Origin: Erysipelotrichaceae bacterium
Lineage (GTDB): Bacteria; Bacillota_I; Bacilli_A; Erysipelotrichales; Erysipelotrichaceae
Reading direction: 5' to 3'
Length of the DNA: 64,000 nt
NCBI GenBank assembly: GCA_034180345.1
Contig: JAXFOQ010000040.1
Coordinates: 6,265 to 70,264, forward strand
Position 1 is the first letter of the stretch. Each line of letters starts with the position of its first letter. Position numbers and translations under genes: made by a program. This document shows positions 34,637-44,197 of the stretch, one piece after another. The notes under the pieces are model-generated. The model worked only from the letters and a program-made list of their open reading frames with translations. It did no database searches and was not told the origin of the DNA.

Positions 34637-35632
34637 ATGAATTATACTGATAGTATGAAAGAGAAAAAGACAAGTATCTTGGCTGTTTACGAAATATTAA
34701 AAATACATTCTGATGAAGATCACATTATTAATTGTGGCTTTATTATGGAAAAATTAAAGGGTATCTATGATATTGCATTAGATCGCCGCACAATATATAA
34801 GAATATTGAAATGTTGATTGAATATGGTTATGATATTTCAACATACGAAGAAAATAAAAAGGGCTATTTTTTAAGAAAAAGGCAATTTGAAAAATCGGAA
34901 GTATTTTTATTATGCAATGTTATTCATTCATCAAATTTAATTCCTCAGCATAATTCTAAAGAATTAATTGATAAGATTTTAGATTCACAAAACGAATATG
35001 TTAAGAGTGATTTTCGTAATCAGGTATATATTGATAATACTGATAAAAAAGAAAATAAAGAATTTTTCTATACAATCGAAATACTTAGTGAAGCCATTAA
35101 AAATCATAAAGTTATCAATTTTGATTATGTTAAATACAATCATGAGTTGAAGTTGGTTAAGCGTCGAGATGAAAAATATTATCTATCACCATATTATTTA
35201 GTCTATATGAATGAAAGAACATATTTAATTGGTAAAAGTGCTAATCATCATGATCTGGTTCATTATCGTATTGATAAGATTAAAAACATTGAAATTGATG
35301 AGGAAGGCCTATATCTTAAGCCTGACCACAACCAAGACCCTTATATTTATGCCAAGAATAAAATGTATATGTATGGTGGTGATGAACTTACAGTTGCCTT
35401 GCTTTGTGATTATCAAATTCTTGATGATATGGTTGATATTTTTGGCAAAAATATCACAATCATTGAAAAGGATCCTGAACATTTTATCATCCGTGTTAAT
35501 AGCACAATGCAGGGAATGTTATACCTATCTTTACAATATTTAGAACATATGGAAGTGCTTGAACCCAATGATTTAAAAGTTAAAATTATTGACACTTTAA
35601 ACCGTGGTTTAAATAGATATAATGAAAATTAA
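34637..35632 (+). CDS. wHTH-WYL-WCX transcriptional regulator
   Basis: N-terminal winged HTH (ILAVYEIL..DRRTIYKNIEMLIEYGY), a WYL core (YYLSPYYLVYMNERTYLIG..HYRIDKI), and a C-terminal WCX-like domain. Confidence 0.8.
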   Translation: MNYTDSMKEKKTSILAVYEILKIHSDEDHIINCGFIMEKLKGIYDIALDRRTIYKNIEMLIEYGYDISTYEENKKGYFLRKRQFEKSEVFLLCNVIHSSNLIPQHNSKELIDKILDSQNEYVKSDFRNQVYIDNTDKKENKEFFYTIEILSEAIKNHKVINFDYVKYNHELKLVKRRDEKYYLSPYYLVYMNERTYLIGKSANHHDLVHYRIDKIKNIEIDEEGLYLKPDHNQDPYIYAKNKMYMYGGDELTVALLCDYQILDDMVDIFGKNITIIEKDPEHFIIRVNSTMQGMLYLSLQYLEHMEVLEPNDLKVKIIDTLNRGLNRYNEN

Positions 35633-35766
35633 TATTTTTTAAGTATTGTTTATTTACTTAATTTATTGATTAGTATATACTTTACTTGTCAAATAGTTTA
35701 AAGATGATTTTGTGCTAGAAATTATTTGAATAAATAATAAATTAAAGAATAGGAGAATATTATATT

Positions 35767-36216
35767 ATGAGTAGAATTGATGCTAAAACACATTCAAAGG
35801 CATTTACGGGAATTAAATATGAGGATTTTTCATTATATGAGAATTATTCGCGTGTGCATGGTTTGTTGGGGAAGGGTTTTACCATTTTAATGGCTATTTA
35901 CAATAGTGAAAGAGGTATTACTCAACGCGATATTTGTAACTGCACTTTTTCTACTAAACAAGTAGTTAATGCCGCAATTAAAAATTGGCTTGATGAGGGA
36001 TATGTATATTTAACCGTTAAGGAAGATGATCGCCGTACTAAGGCGGTAATGATGACAGAAAAGGGTCGTGAATATGCTTCAAAAATTTTAGATCCTCTTG
36101 CCGAGGCAGAAGTAATTGCTATGAAGACTTTAAAATCACACGAACAAAAACAATTAATTGAATTATATACAAAATACAATTGTAAATTAAGAGAACTATT
36201 AGAGGATAACCACTAG
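35767..36216 (+). CDS. MarR-family transcriptional regulator
   Basis: 149 aa; the wHTH pattern ITQRDICNCTFSTKQVVNAAIKNWLDEGYVYL..DDRRTKAV is typical of MarR. Confidence 0.8.
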   Translation: MSRIDAKTHSKAFTGIKYEDFSLYENYSRVHGLLGKGFTILMAIYNSERGITQRDICNCTFSTKQVVNAAIKNWLDEGYVYLTVKEDDRRTKAVMMTEKGREYASKILDPLAEAEVIAMKTLKSHEQKQLIELYTKYNCKLRELLEDNH

Positions 36217-36219
36217 TAG

Positions 36220-36948
36220 ATGATTGAATTTAAAAATGTCAGTAAACAATTTAATAATAACAGTGTAATAAAAGATCTAAATTTTAAAATTGATTGTGGG
36301 GAATTTTTCGTCATTATTGGAGCCAGTGGTAGTGGCAAGACTACCATCCTTAAAATGATTAATCAGCTCATTGTTCAAACAAGTGGCGATATTTTTATTA
36401 ATGGTAAATCGGTTAAAGATTATAATTTAAGACAATTAAGATTGAATATCGGGTATGTGCTACAACAGATAGCACTTTTTCCCAATTTATCAGTATATGA
36501 AAATGTGTGCTTAATTCCCAAGATGAAGAAATTTGCTTGTTCAGTAACTAAAAAAAGAATTGATGAGTTTATGCAACTTATGGGCTTAGACCCTGAAATA
36601 TATAAGCACCGTAAACCTAATTCATTATCAGGAGGCGAGGCTCAACGCGTAGGCATTTTAAGGGCTATTATCGGTAATCCTAGTATTATTTTAATGGATG
36701 AACCCTTTAGTGCCTTAGATCCTATCGCTAGAAAACAACTTCAAAAAATTATTAAAACCATTCATGAAACGCTTGATATTACGGTGGTTTTTGTAACTCA
36801 TGATATGCAGGAAGCACTTAGTTTGGGAGAAAGAATTTGTATTGTCAACAATGGTGAGATTGTGCAGATAGGTACGCCAAAAGAAATAAAAGATCATCCT
36901 AACAATTTATATGTTAAGGAATTGATTGAGTCAGGATGTGATAATTAG
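36220..36948 (+). CDS. ABC ATPase of an Opu-type (glycine betaine/choline/carnitine) importer, without CBS domains
   Basis: GASGSGKTT, LSGGEAQRVGILRA, LMDEPFSALD, and a Q-loop. It precedes a fused permease/SBP gene of the OpuB/OpuC type. Confidence 0.8.
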   Translation: MIEFKNVSKQFNNNSVIKDLNFKIDCGEFFVIIGASGSGKTTILKMINQLIVQTSGDIFINGKSVKDYNLRQLRLNIGYVLQQIALFPNLSVYENVCLIPKMKKFACSVTKKRIDEFMQLMGLDPEIYKHRKPNSLSGGEAQRVGILRAIIGNPSIILMDEPFSALDPIARKQLQKIIKTIHETLDITVVFVTHDMQEALSLGERICIVNNGEIVQIGTPKEIKDHPNNLYVKELIESGCDN

Positions 36949-36949
36949 C

Positions 36950-38467
36950 ATGAGTGGTATTTATACAACATTTTTAGAAAAGAAGGGTGATTTGATTATT
37001 GCACTTTTAGAACACCTTGAACTTACAATATATGCCCTTGTAATTGCGATTGTTATTGCTTTACCACTGGCTATTGGAGTAGCTAAACATAAGAAGGTTG
37101 CAAGTACAGTGATTTATTTCACTAGTATTTTTCAAACTATTCCTTCATTGGCGTTACTGGGTTTATTTATTCCATTATTTGGAATTGGTAAAATTCCAGC
37201 CTTAATTACCTTGGTTATTTATGCCATTTTTCCAATATTACAAAATACTATTACTGGACTTCAAGAAATTGATCCATCACTTGAAGAAGCCGCCGATGCC
37301 TTCGGGATGTCAATGTATGAGAAATTAAAGAATTTCGAAATCCCCATCGCAGCTCCGATTATTATTTCAGGAGTTAGATCGTCAGCAGTTTTAATTATTG
37401 GTACCGCTACTTTGGCATCACTTATTGGCGCTGGTGGTCTAGGTAGTTTTATTTTATTGGGTATTGATCGTAACAATATCGCCCTAATTGTCATAGGTGC
37501 TGGTAGTACTGCCCTTTTGGCAATCATAATTAATTATATTATTAAGCTATTTGAAAAATGGAAGATTAAATTTATGTTGCGAACCTTATTTGTGGCGATG
37601 TTGATTATGAGTATCTTCTTTAACGGTACCAACAAGATGAAGAATACGATTGTGATTGGTGGTAAATTAGGAACTGAACCTGAAATTTTAATTAATATGT
37701 ATAAAGAATTAATCGAAGATAATAGTGATCTTAATGTTGAGGTTAAACCAAATTTTGGTAAGACAGTTTTTCTTTATGATGCTTTAAAAAATGGCAATAT
37801 TGATATTTATCCAGAATTCACTGGCACAATCACCTCGACCCTATTAAAGAATAAAATTAAGGTATCTAATGACCCTAAAGAAGTATATGAGGTTGCTAAG
37901 AAGGGGATTTTACAACAGGATAATTTAGTCTTGCTTGAACCGATGATTTATCAAAATACTTATGCTTTGGCAGTTACTAAGAAATTTTCTGAACGCAACG
38001 GGGTAGAAAAAATTTCTGATTTGAAAAAGTATGAAAATCAGGTTAATGCTGGTTTTACTTTGGAATTTAATGATCGTATTGATGGCAATAGGGGTATTAA
38101 GGAAAAGTATGGTATTAATCTTAAAGTCAGCACCTTAGAGCCATCACTTACCTATAAAGCTATTGCTAGTGGTAAGGTGGAGGTTATAAATGTTGATAGT
38201 ACCAGTAGTAAAATTAAGGTTAATGATTTATATATTTTGAAAGATGACTTGGGTATTTTCCCACCATATCAGGGTGCTGCCTTGATGCGAAAGGAAACTG
38301 CTGATAAATATCCAAAAATACTTGAAGCCCTTTCTAAATTAAGCAATCAAATTACCGAAGAAGAAATCATTCAATTAAATTATGATGTGGAAATTAGAGG
38401 CATCAATCCTAATAAAGCCGCTAGAGATTTCTTGATTAAAAAGGGAATGATTAAAGAAAAGAAATGA
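36950..38467 (+). CDS. fused ABC permease + substrate-binding domain (Opu/BusAB type)
   Basis: N-terminal 6-TM BPD_transp_1-like region (EAADAFGMS), then a C-terminal periplasmic-binding-like half (IVIGGKLGTEPEIL..YPEFTGT..PPYQGAALMR). Confidence 0.8.
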   Translation: MSGIYTTFLEKKGDLIIALLEHLELTIYALVIAIVIALPLAIGVAKHKKVASTVIYFTSIFQTIPSLALLGLFIPLFGIGKIPALITLVIYAIFPILQNTITGLQEIDPSLEEAADAFGMSMYEKLKNFEIPIAAPIIISGVRSSAVLIIGTATLASLIGAGGLGSFILLGIDRNNIALIVIGAGSTALLAIIINYIIKLFEKWKIKFMLRTLFVAMLIMSIFFNGTNKMKNTIVIGGKLGTEPEILINMYKELIEDNSDLNVEVKPNFGKTVFLYDALKNGNIDIYPEFTGTITSTLLKNKIKVSNDPKEVYEVAKKGILQQDNLVLLEPMIYQNTYALAVTKKFSERNGVEKISDLKKYENQVNAGFTLEFNDRIDGNRGIKEKYGINLKVSTLEPSLTYKAIASGKVEVINVDSTSSKIKVNDLYILKDDLGIFPPYQGAALMRKETADKYPKILEALSKLSNQITEEEIIQLNYDVEIRGINPNKAARDFLIKKGMIKEKK

Positions 38468-38557
38468 TATTAAAAGGCGATGATTCATGATGTGACCCCC
38501 AATCGTTAGATTTTTTGGTCTAATTTTTGGGAGTCGGTACATCAATCATCGCCTATT

Positions 38558-39010
38558 TTAATTGTTGATTTTCCAACCGTTATTTTTTAAATACTCACTA
38601 ATCATTTTAAGGGAAATATAATCAAATTCATCTTCTTCAACTGTAATAATACCCTGTTTTGCTAGAGCAATAATTTTATCTTTAGAACTAGTGTCTAGAA
38701 CAATGGTTTCAATAAAGACATTATCTTTTACTTCTGCCTGGTAAGTTGAGTCCTCAATACCCACAAATTTCTTTTTTGTTTCTTCAATAATTTTATGCAA
38801 TTCTTGTTTTTCTTCATCAGACTTTATTTCTAAGGTTGTAACATAGGTCATTTTATTAATGACATCCTTAAGACTGGTGATGGTTATTTTGGTAGTATCT
38901 TTTTGAAAGGTTGTAATTTGATTTTTTGAACAACCAACAATATTACCAATGAGGATGATTGATAAAATAAGATTGATTATTTTAGAAAATTTCTTTTTAG
39001 AAATTGCCAT
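38558..39010 (-). CDS. lipoprotein of unknown function
   Basis: The ATG at 39010 gives MAISKKKFSKIINLILSIILIGNIVGC with a lipobox. Overlaps the upstream gene by 14 nt. Confidence 0.6.
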   Translation of the reverse strand: MAISKKKFSKIINLILSIILIGNIVGCSKNQITTFQKDTTKITITSLKDVINKMTYVTTLEIKSDEEKQELHKIIEETKKKFVGIEDSTYQAEVKDNVFIETIVLDTSSKDKIIALAKQGIITVEEDEFDYISLKMISEYLKNNGWKINN

Positions 39011-40064
39011 TAGATCCACCACCTTTAGTATAAGTTGCATGTTTAATTTCATCATAATTTCTTAACCATGACAAGACAACATCATCGCTGGTTAAGCGAT
39101 TGAAATCATATTTATGATTTAATATTTTCAATAATTCTTCATCATCATAATTTTCTAATTCTTGACAATATATTTTCATACGATGAATTTTATCCAGTTT
39201 AATCTTTTCATCAATTAGTTTGATTTGATCTTCACGATTTTCAAACAATATATCATTGTAGATATCACTGGTTTTAAGTAATTCAATAACATTGCTTGGA
39301 ATATTGTTATAGACAGCCATTTCATCTATCAACCGATAGTATGCCTTTAATTTTGCTTCTTTGGAATTATCGGTCTTTTTATGATCGTTGTTTAAATATT
39401 GATCTTGAGAACTTGATGCTTTTTTAAGATGGGTATCTAATTCAATAGGTTTATTTTTTGAAAATGAAATAAAAATTTTAATTCCTAAGATAATTAATAT
39501 TATTGGACCGATGAATTTTAAGATATTCATAAGCGCATTGTCTGATTTTGGAGTATTTTGATTATTGGTAGTTGTTGTATTTAATTCATTGACAATCCCT
39601 TTGACAATTTCAATGACTGCCTGATCCCAATCTTGATTTTTTAGATATTCATTAGCTTTTTGATTTATGTACTTATGAGAACTTTTGAAATAATACTTAT
39701 GACTATTACCTTCCATACCATCGCCATAGGTCATACTAAATTTACGATCTTTAACAGCGAGAATAAATAGAATTCCTGAATTTTGTTCCTTTCCCTCAAC
39801 ATTATTAAAGCCTACATTTTTTTGATTAAATCTCTCAATGCGATATTCTTCCATACTTTGAGGGAAGGTGGTTTCAATTACCTCCAATCTAAAACCATAT
39901 TTTGACATTGGCGATTCATCATAGAGCTTTTGTATTTCTAGCTTGGTGGCTGGTGTTAGGTATCTTCCTTCATCAAAGACAACACCAGAATCGTTAGCAT
40001 AAACATTAGCACCCCCCAGTACCAATAATATGAGAACCATTAAAATTTTAGTTAGCTTCTTCAT
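38997..40064 (-). CDS. TPM-domain membrane protein with uncharacterised cytoplasmic C-terminal domain
   Basis: Signal peptide, a TPM/YgcG-like domain (GVVFDEGRYLTPATKLEIQ..ILFILAVKDRKF), one TM segment, then ~150 aa of unknown helical sequence. Confidence 0.65.
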   Translation of the reverse strand: MKKLTKILMVLILLVLGGANVYANDSGVVFDEGRYLTPATKLEIQKLYDESPMSKYGFRLEVIETTFPQSMEEYRIERFNQKNVGFNNVEGKEQNSGILFILAVKDRKFSMTYGDGMEGNSHKYYFKSSHKYINQKANEYLKNQDWDQAVIEIVKGIVNELNTTTTNNQNTPKSDNALMNILKFIGPIILIILGIKIFISFSKNKPIELDTHLKKASSSQDQYLNNDHKKTDNSKEAKLKAYYRLIDEMAVYNNIPSNVIELLKTSDIYNDILFENREDQIKLIDEKIKLDKIHRMKIYCQELENYDDEELLKILNHKYDFNRLTSDDVVLSWLRNYDEIKHATYTKGGGSNGNF

Positions 40065-40081
40065 AACTTAATTATAATCTA

Positions 40082-40855
40082 AATAAATTTGATTACCAAT
40101 GCTTAAAAGTCTTTCTAAGATATTGACACTCAGTTAAATATAATATAACTAAATTTCCAGAACCAACCGAAATAATATTGGAAGTTGATAAAAAAGAATT
40201 TGTAGAACTTTTTGGAGAATTATTGAAAATTGAGAATATTTTAAGAAACTTTGATGAGTTTGAAAACTTTGAAAAAATTATTTCAGATAGGCAGATGCAA
40301 GACATGAAGAGTGTCTATGTTGATATTAGAGAAAGCATTATAAACCCAAGGAATGGCGAAAAAATCGATTTTTCTGACATTGAATTTCAAATTGATTTAC
40401 TTAAAACAGATGAAATTAATTTAGATTATATTTTAGCTTTGATATTAGAAAAATCAAAAGAAAATGATGATGTAGAAAGTCTAAAAGCAGAAGTTCGCAG
40501 AGTAATCAGATCTTCTTTTGGAACAAGGGCAAAAGAAGAATTGATCATGGACTTTATAAATGTAACAAGATTGTCAGAATTAAAGAATACTGATGATATT
40601 CTTGAAGCTTTTTATAGTTTTGCAAGAAAAGAAAAGGAAGTTAAAATAAAAGATTTGATTGCATAGGAAAAACTTAAAGAAGATTCAACCCGTTTTATAG
40701 AAAAAGCAATTAGTAAAGGATATGTTGAATATGTCGGTGATGAATTAGACCGCATCCTGCCACCAACTTCGCGCAGATGTGGTGCAAGAGAAAAGAAGAA
40801 AGAAATAGTATTGGAAAAGGTAAGAAAAATTGCGGAAGTCTTTGTGGGAATTTAG
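40082..40855 (+). pseudogene. hsdR: relic of type I restriction enzyme R subunit (C-terminal ~240 aa only, with in-frame TAG)
   Basis: FVELFGELLKIENILRNFDEF..IEFQIDLLKTDEINLDYILALI..VRRVIRSSFGTRAKEELIMDFIN..LPPTSRR..KK matches the conserved C-terminal domain of Firmicute HsdR. There is no nuclease or helicase part, no SD, and an in-frame TAG at 40664-40666. Confidence 0.8.
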
Positions 40856-41066
40856 TTTATCTTTATAGTTATAGACCATTAAAATTAAATAAAAATAAGA
40901 CCTATTGTAACAAGCGATAAAAGTAGTGCAATAGGTCTTTTAGTTAATGCATTTTCTATTGATAATAAAAAGTAACACAGATTTAAGAAAAAATAAAAAT
41001 ATCAATGATTATAATTGAGCTAAAATCATTGATATATAAGGGTTTGTTGAGAAGATTTTTAAAAAA

Positions 41067-41157
41067 TGGCGGAGATGGTGGGATTCGAACCCACGCGCCC
41101 ATTGCTGGACAAAACGATTTCGAGTCGTTCTCGTTATGACCACTTCGATACATCTCC
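41067..41157 (-). tRNA. tRNA-Ser (anticodon CGA), CCA encoded
   Basis: The reverse complement reads GGAGATG..(D arm)..AACGA-CTCGAAA-TCGTT..long variable arm..GTGGGTTCGAATCCCAC..CATCTCC-G-CCA. It is 91 nt, a class II tRNA. A downstream hairpin ATCAATGATT/AATCATTGAT is followed by a T-run. Confidence 0.9.
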
Positions 41158-41186
41158 GTACTTACTAATATATACTTATCTTTTGT

Positions 41187-41918
41187 TTATTTCAATGTAA
41201 AGATATAGTTATGTTCATCCGATAATTGATCATTGAATTGATAATTTAACATATTAAAATATTTAAGTTTTTGATAATCATTTATTTTATTAATTGCGCA
41301 ATATCTTACAAAGGCACCACGAGCCGCCTTAAGTGCCGTAGCTTTTACAAGGTATTTATTATTACGATATTCATTAAAAGAGATATTGATAATTTTAGCT
41401 TTTTTAAGATGGGGTATGATGGCTTTTGCGTATTCATCACTTGCAAGATTGATGATTATTTCATTTTCCTGATCAATGCTTTCAGCAAGTTTATCACCCC
41501 AAAAATCATATAAATTATTAAAATTATCAATGGATAGCTTGGCTTGAAATTCTAAACGATAGGGTTCAATACCATCAAAGGCTCTGAGTAGCCCATAATA
41601 TCCTGAGATAATCAATAGGTGATTATTTAAATAATTTAAAGAATCATTATCTAAACTGATCGGTGAGATATTTTTATATTGGATGCCATAATAACTATAT
41701 ATTGCTGGTGTTGGTAATTGTTTATTATATAGACGCTCATAGTTTAATTGGGCTATTTTATCATTACAATTCCAAATACTTTTAATCTCTTGAAATGACA
41801 TAGTTAATAATTTTTGTTTAATTTTTTCTTTAATGTTATTAAATAAGGGTATTGATAATTCAATATCAACTTCACTTTCATCAATCATAGTCTTGGCTGG
41901 AGAAATAATCATTTTCAT
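41187..41918 (-). CDS. yaaA: peroxide stress protein YaaA (UPF0246)
   Basis: MKMIISPAKTM N-terminus, YYGLLR, and the NLAS.EY pattern typical of YaaA. Confidence 0.85.
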   Translation of the reverse strand: MKMIISPAKTMIDESEVDIELSIPLFNNIKEKIKQKLLTMSFQEIKSIWNCNDKIAQLNYERLYNKQLPTPAIYSYYGIQYKNISPISLDNDSLNYLNNHLLIISGYYGLLRAFDGIEPYRLEFQAKLSIDNFNNLYDFWGDKLAESIDQENEIIINLASDEYAKAIIPHLKKAKIINISFNEYRNNKYLVKATALKAARGAFVRYCAINKINDYQKLKYFNMLNYQFNDQLSDEHNYIFTLK

Positions 41919-41974
41919 AAATAAATATTAGCATAAAATAAGATATTGAGTATTGAATGTGCTAATATTTGTCT

Positions 41975-42814
41975 ATGGAATATAAAGTATTGAATAATGG
42001 TATTAAGATGCCTAAGATGGCGCTAGGAACATTTAAGTTGGATGTTAATGATGAAAATGAAGCGGCTATTGTAAAGGCATTAAATTTAGGCTTTAGGCAT
42101 ATTGATACTGCTACTTGGTATCACAATGAGGATATGGTTGGAAAAGCTGTTAAGAAAAGTGGTATTAAGCGTGAAGAGATATTTATTACGACCAAATTAA
42201 ACAATGATACCAGAGGTTATGATGAAACTAAAAAAGCCATTGAATTAAGTTTAATGATGTTGGGTGTTGAATATTTAGATTTATATCTTTTGCATTGGCC
42301 AGCACCAGTTAAATTTAGACATGATTATAATAATTATAATCTTCAATCTTGGAGAGCTATGGAAGAATATTATAAACTCGGTAAAATTAAAGCTATTGGG
42401 GTTAGTAATTTTATGGTTCATCACTTTGAGGGTTTTTATGATGAAGTTGAAATTAAACCGATGGTAAATCAAATTGAAATTCACCCTGGATATTGTGATG
42501 AGAATGTTGTTGAATATTGTCATAAACATGATATTGCAATTGTGGCCTATTCTCCTTTAGGAAGAGGAAATCTAATTGATGATGATAGGGTTAAAATGAT
42601 TGCTGAAAGTTTAAAGAAAAGTCCATCACAAGTATTAATCAGTTATATTATTTCACAATATGATGCTTGTATTGTCAGAAGCACCAATCAAAAACATTTA
42701 ATTGATAATTTGAATGTTGATTTTATTCTGGATGAGAAAACCATTAAAATTTTAGCTAGTGATAATGATAAGGCTAATCGTTTATCTAAAGATCCTGATA
42801 ATTCTAATCAATAA
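41975..42814 (+). CDS. aldo/keto reductase (2,5-diketo-D-gluconate reductase-like)
   Basis: GFRHIDTA..Y, LDLYLLHWP, IGVSNF, NQIEIHP, and AYSPLG motifs. Confidence 0.88.
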   Translation: MEYKVLNNGIKMPKMALGTFKLDVNDENEAAIVKALNLGFRHIDTATWYHNEDMVGKAVKKSGIKREEIFITTKLNNDTRGYDETKKAIELSLMMLGVEYLDLYLLHWPAPVKFRHDYNNYNLQSWRAMEEYYKLGKIKAIGVSNFMVHHFEGFYDEVEIKPMVNQIEIHPGYCDENVVEYCHKHDIAIVAYSPLGRGNLIDDDRVKMIAESLKKSPSQVLISYIISQYDACIVRSTNQKHLIDNLNVDFILDEKTIKILASDNDKANRLSKDPDNSNQ

Positions 42815-42902
42815 TTTAGCAATATTATTTTAATAATGCTAAATAATATTTATTTAAAAATAGCTATATAAATAGTTATTTTTTTAATTTATTTAGTTAT
42901 TT

Positions 42903-42944
42903 TTAGCACTTAACATTTGACATTGCTAAAAAAAGTGCTAATAT
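42903..42944 (+). promoter_or_regulatory. hsp20 promoter overlapped by a CIRCE-like inverted repeat
   Basis: TTAGCACTT (42903-11), a 9 nt spacer, CATTGCTAA (42921-29), and a perfect complementary arm AAGTGCTAA (42933-41). TTGACA (42917-22), a 16 nt spacer, TAATAT (42939-44). Confidence 0.55.
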
Positions 42945-42984
42945 AAAGATGTAGTTAGAGATATTACTACAAGGAGGACAAAAG

Positions 42985-43401
42985 ATGAGATTTATACCTA
43001 GTAAAAACAATTTCTTTGAAGATGTATTTGATTCTGTATTAAACACACCGTCATTTGGAGGAGGTAGCATTATGAAAACAGATATTTATGAAAAAGATGG
43101 AAAATATAATTTGATTATCGAAGCACCAGGATACAAGAGGGAAGATATTAACATTTCCTTGTATCAAGGTAATTTAACTATTAGTTTATCTAAGAATGAA
43201 ACTACCGAAGAAAAAGATGGCAAGGGCAATGTTATCAGACAAGAGCGTTATAGTGGTAATTGTTCTAGAACTTTCTATGTGGGTGAGGGTATTCGTGAAT
43301 CAGATATTGTCGCATCACTTGAGGAAGGGGAGCTTAAAATTTCACTTCCGACTGCTAAACAAAAAGAAATTGAAGAACGAAAGACTATATCTATTTTATA
43401 A
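42985..43401 (+). CDS. small heat-shock protein (Hsp20/alpha-crystallin)
   Basis: The alpha-crystallin core MKTDIYEKDGKYNLIIEAPGYKREDINISL..G.L.ISLP; 138 aa. Confidence 0.9.
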   Translation: MRFIPSKNNFFEDVFDSVLNTPSFGGGSIMKTDIYEKDGKYNLIIEAPGYKREDINISLYQGNLTISLSKNETTEEKDGKGNVIRQERYSGNCSRTFYVGEGIRESDIVASLEEGELKISLPTAKQKEIEERKTISIL

Positions 43402-43429
43402 CTTAAAAAGGAACTCGTCATGAGTTCCT

Positions 43430-44197
43430 TTAATATGGGTTATTTTTTTCAAAATCAGGATCGTATTGTTTAGCTTCTTCAATACTGTCAAATTCCAGAA
43501 TAACACCATCATTATAAGATTTAAGTTCTAATTTTAATTCATCCAAGTGTTGCATATATAAAGCTTCCCAAACATTATTTTTAACTGCTTCCTCGTCAAA
43601 TCTTCGCATGAGAATATCCACGAATTTCTTACTAAAATCTTGATTGAAGTAAACATGTCCCAGCATAATATCAGCATCTTGACCACCAATTACAACATCA
43701 TTGATTATCTTATGTTCATCGGTTTTAAGGCACCATTCATCAGTTTTTCCGTTGATGTGAATTGATGAGTAATAACTTTGGTAGTTGTATTGTTCAAAGA
43801 CATTTTCAGTAAAATAATTATCAACAGAACAAATGTAACTATTTTTTAAAATATCCTTAACCAGGATCAATGAACCCGTATTATTTCTGGTGTTATAACT
43901 GTCATTTTCAATAATATGAATATGGTATTTATCTTTAAGATAATAGAACATTTCTTTTTTATATCCGACAATTAAGTAAATATCATCAATACCTGCATCC
44001 TGAAGTTGTTTGATTTGTCTTTCAACCAAAACCTCACCCTTTATCTTGGCTAGACCCTTGGGTTTTATTGTACTTAGTGGTTGGAACCTGCTTGAAAGTC
44101 CCGCAGCCATGATAATGGCGTTATCAACCTTAAAATCCCTAAGGGCTGCATAATTTTTATTTTTTAAAAAGTTTTCAAATTCTTGTTTATTTATCAT
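43430..44197 (-). CDS. licC: LicC-like CTP:phosphocholine cytidylyltransferase (stand-alone copy)
   Basis: AIIMAAGLSSRFQPLS..PKGL..LVERQIKQL..GIDDIYLIVGYKKEMFYYLKDKY aligns along its length with pneumococcal LicC as I remember it. Confidence 0.75.
   Translation of the reverse strand: MINKQEFENFLKNKNYAALRDFKVDNAIIMAAGLSSRFQPLSTIKPKGLAKIKGEVLVERQIKQLQDAGIDDIYLIVGYKKEMFYYLKDKYHIHIIENDSYNTRNNTGSLILVKDILKNSYICSVDNYFTENVFEQYNYQSYYSSIHINGKTDEWCLKTDEHKIINDVVIGGQDADIMLGHVYFNQDFSKKFVDILMRRFDEEAVKNNVWEALYMQHLDELKLELKSYNDGVILEFDSIEEAKQYDPDFEKNNPY

Noticed and set aside
40093-40305. A 70-aa minus-strand ORF overlapping the start of the hsdR relic
   Set aside because: It is a shadow ORF antisense to a segment with clear HsdR homology. 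It has no SD and a low-complexity Ser/Asn/Ile-rich sequence.
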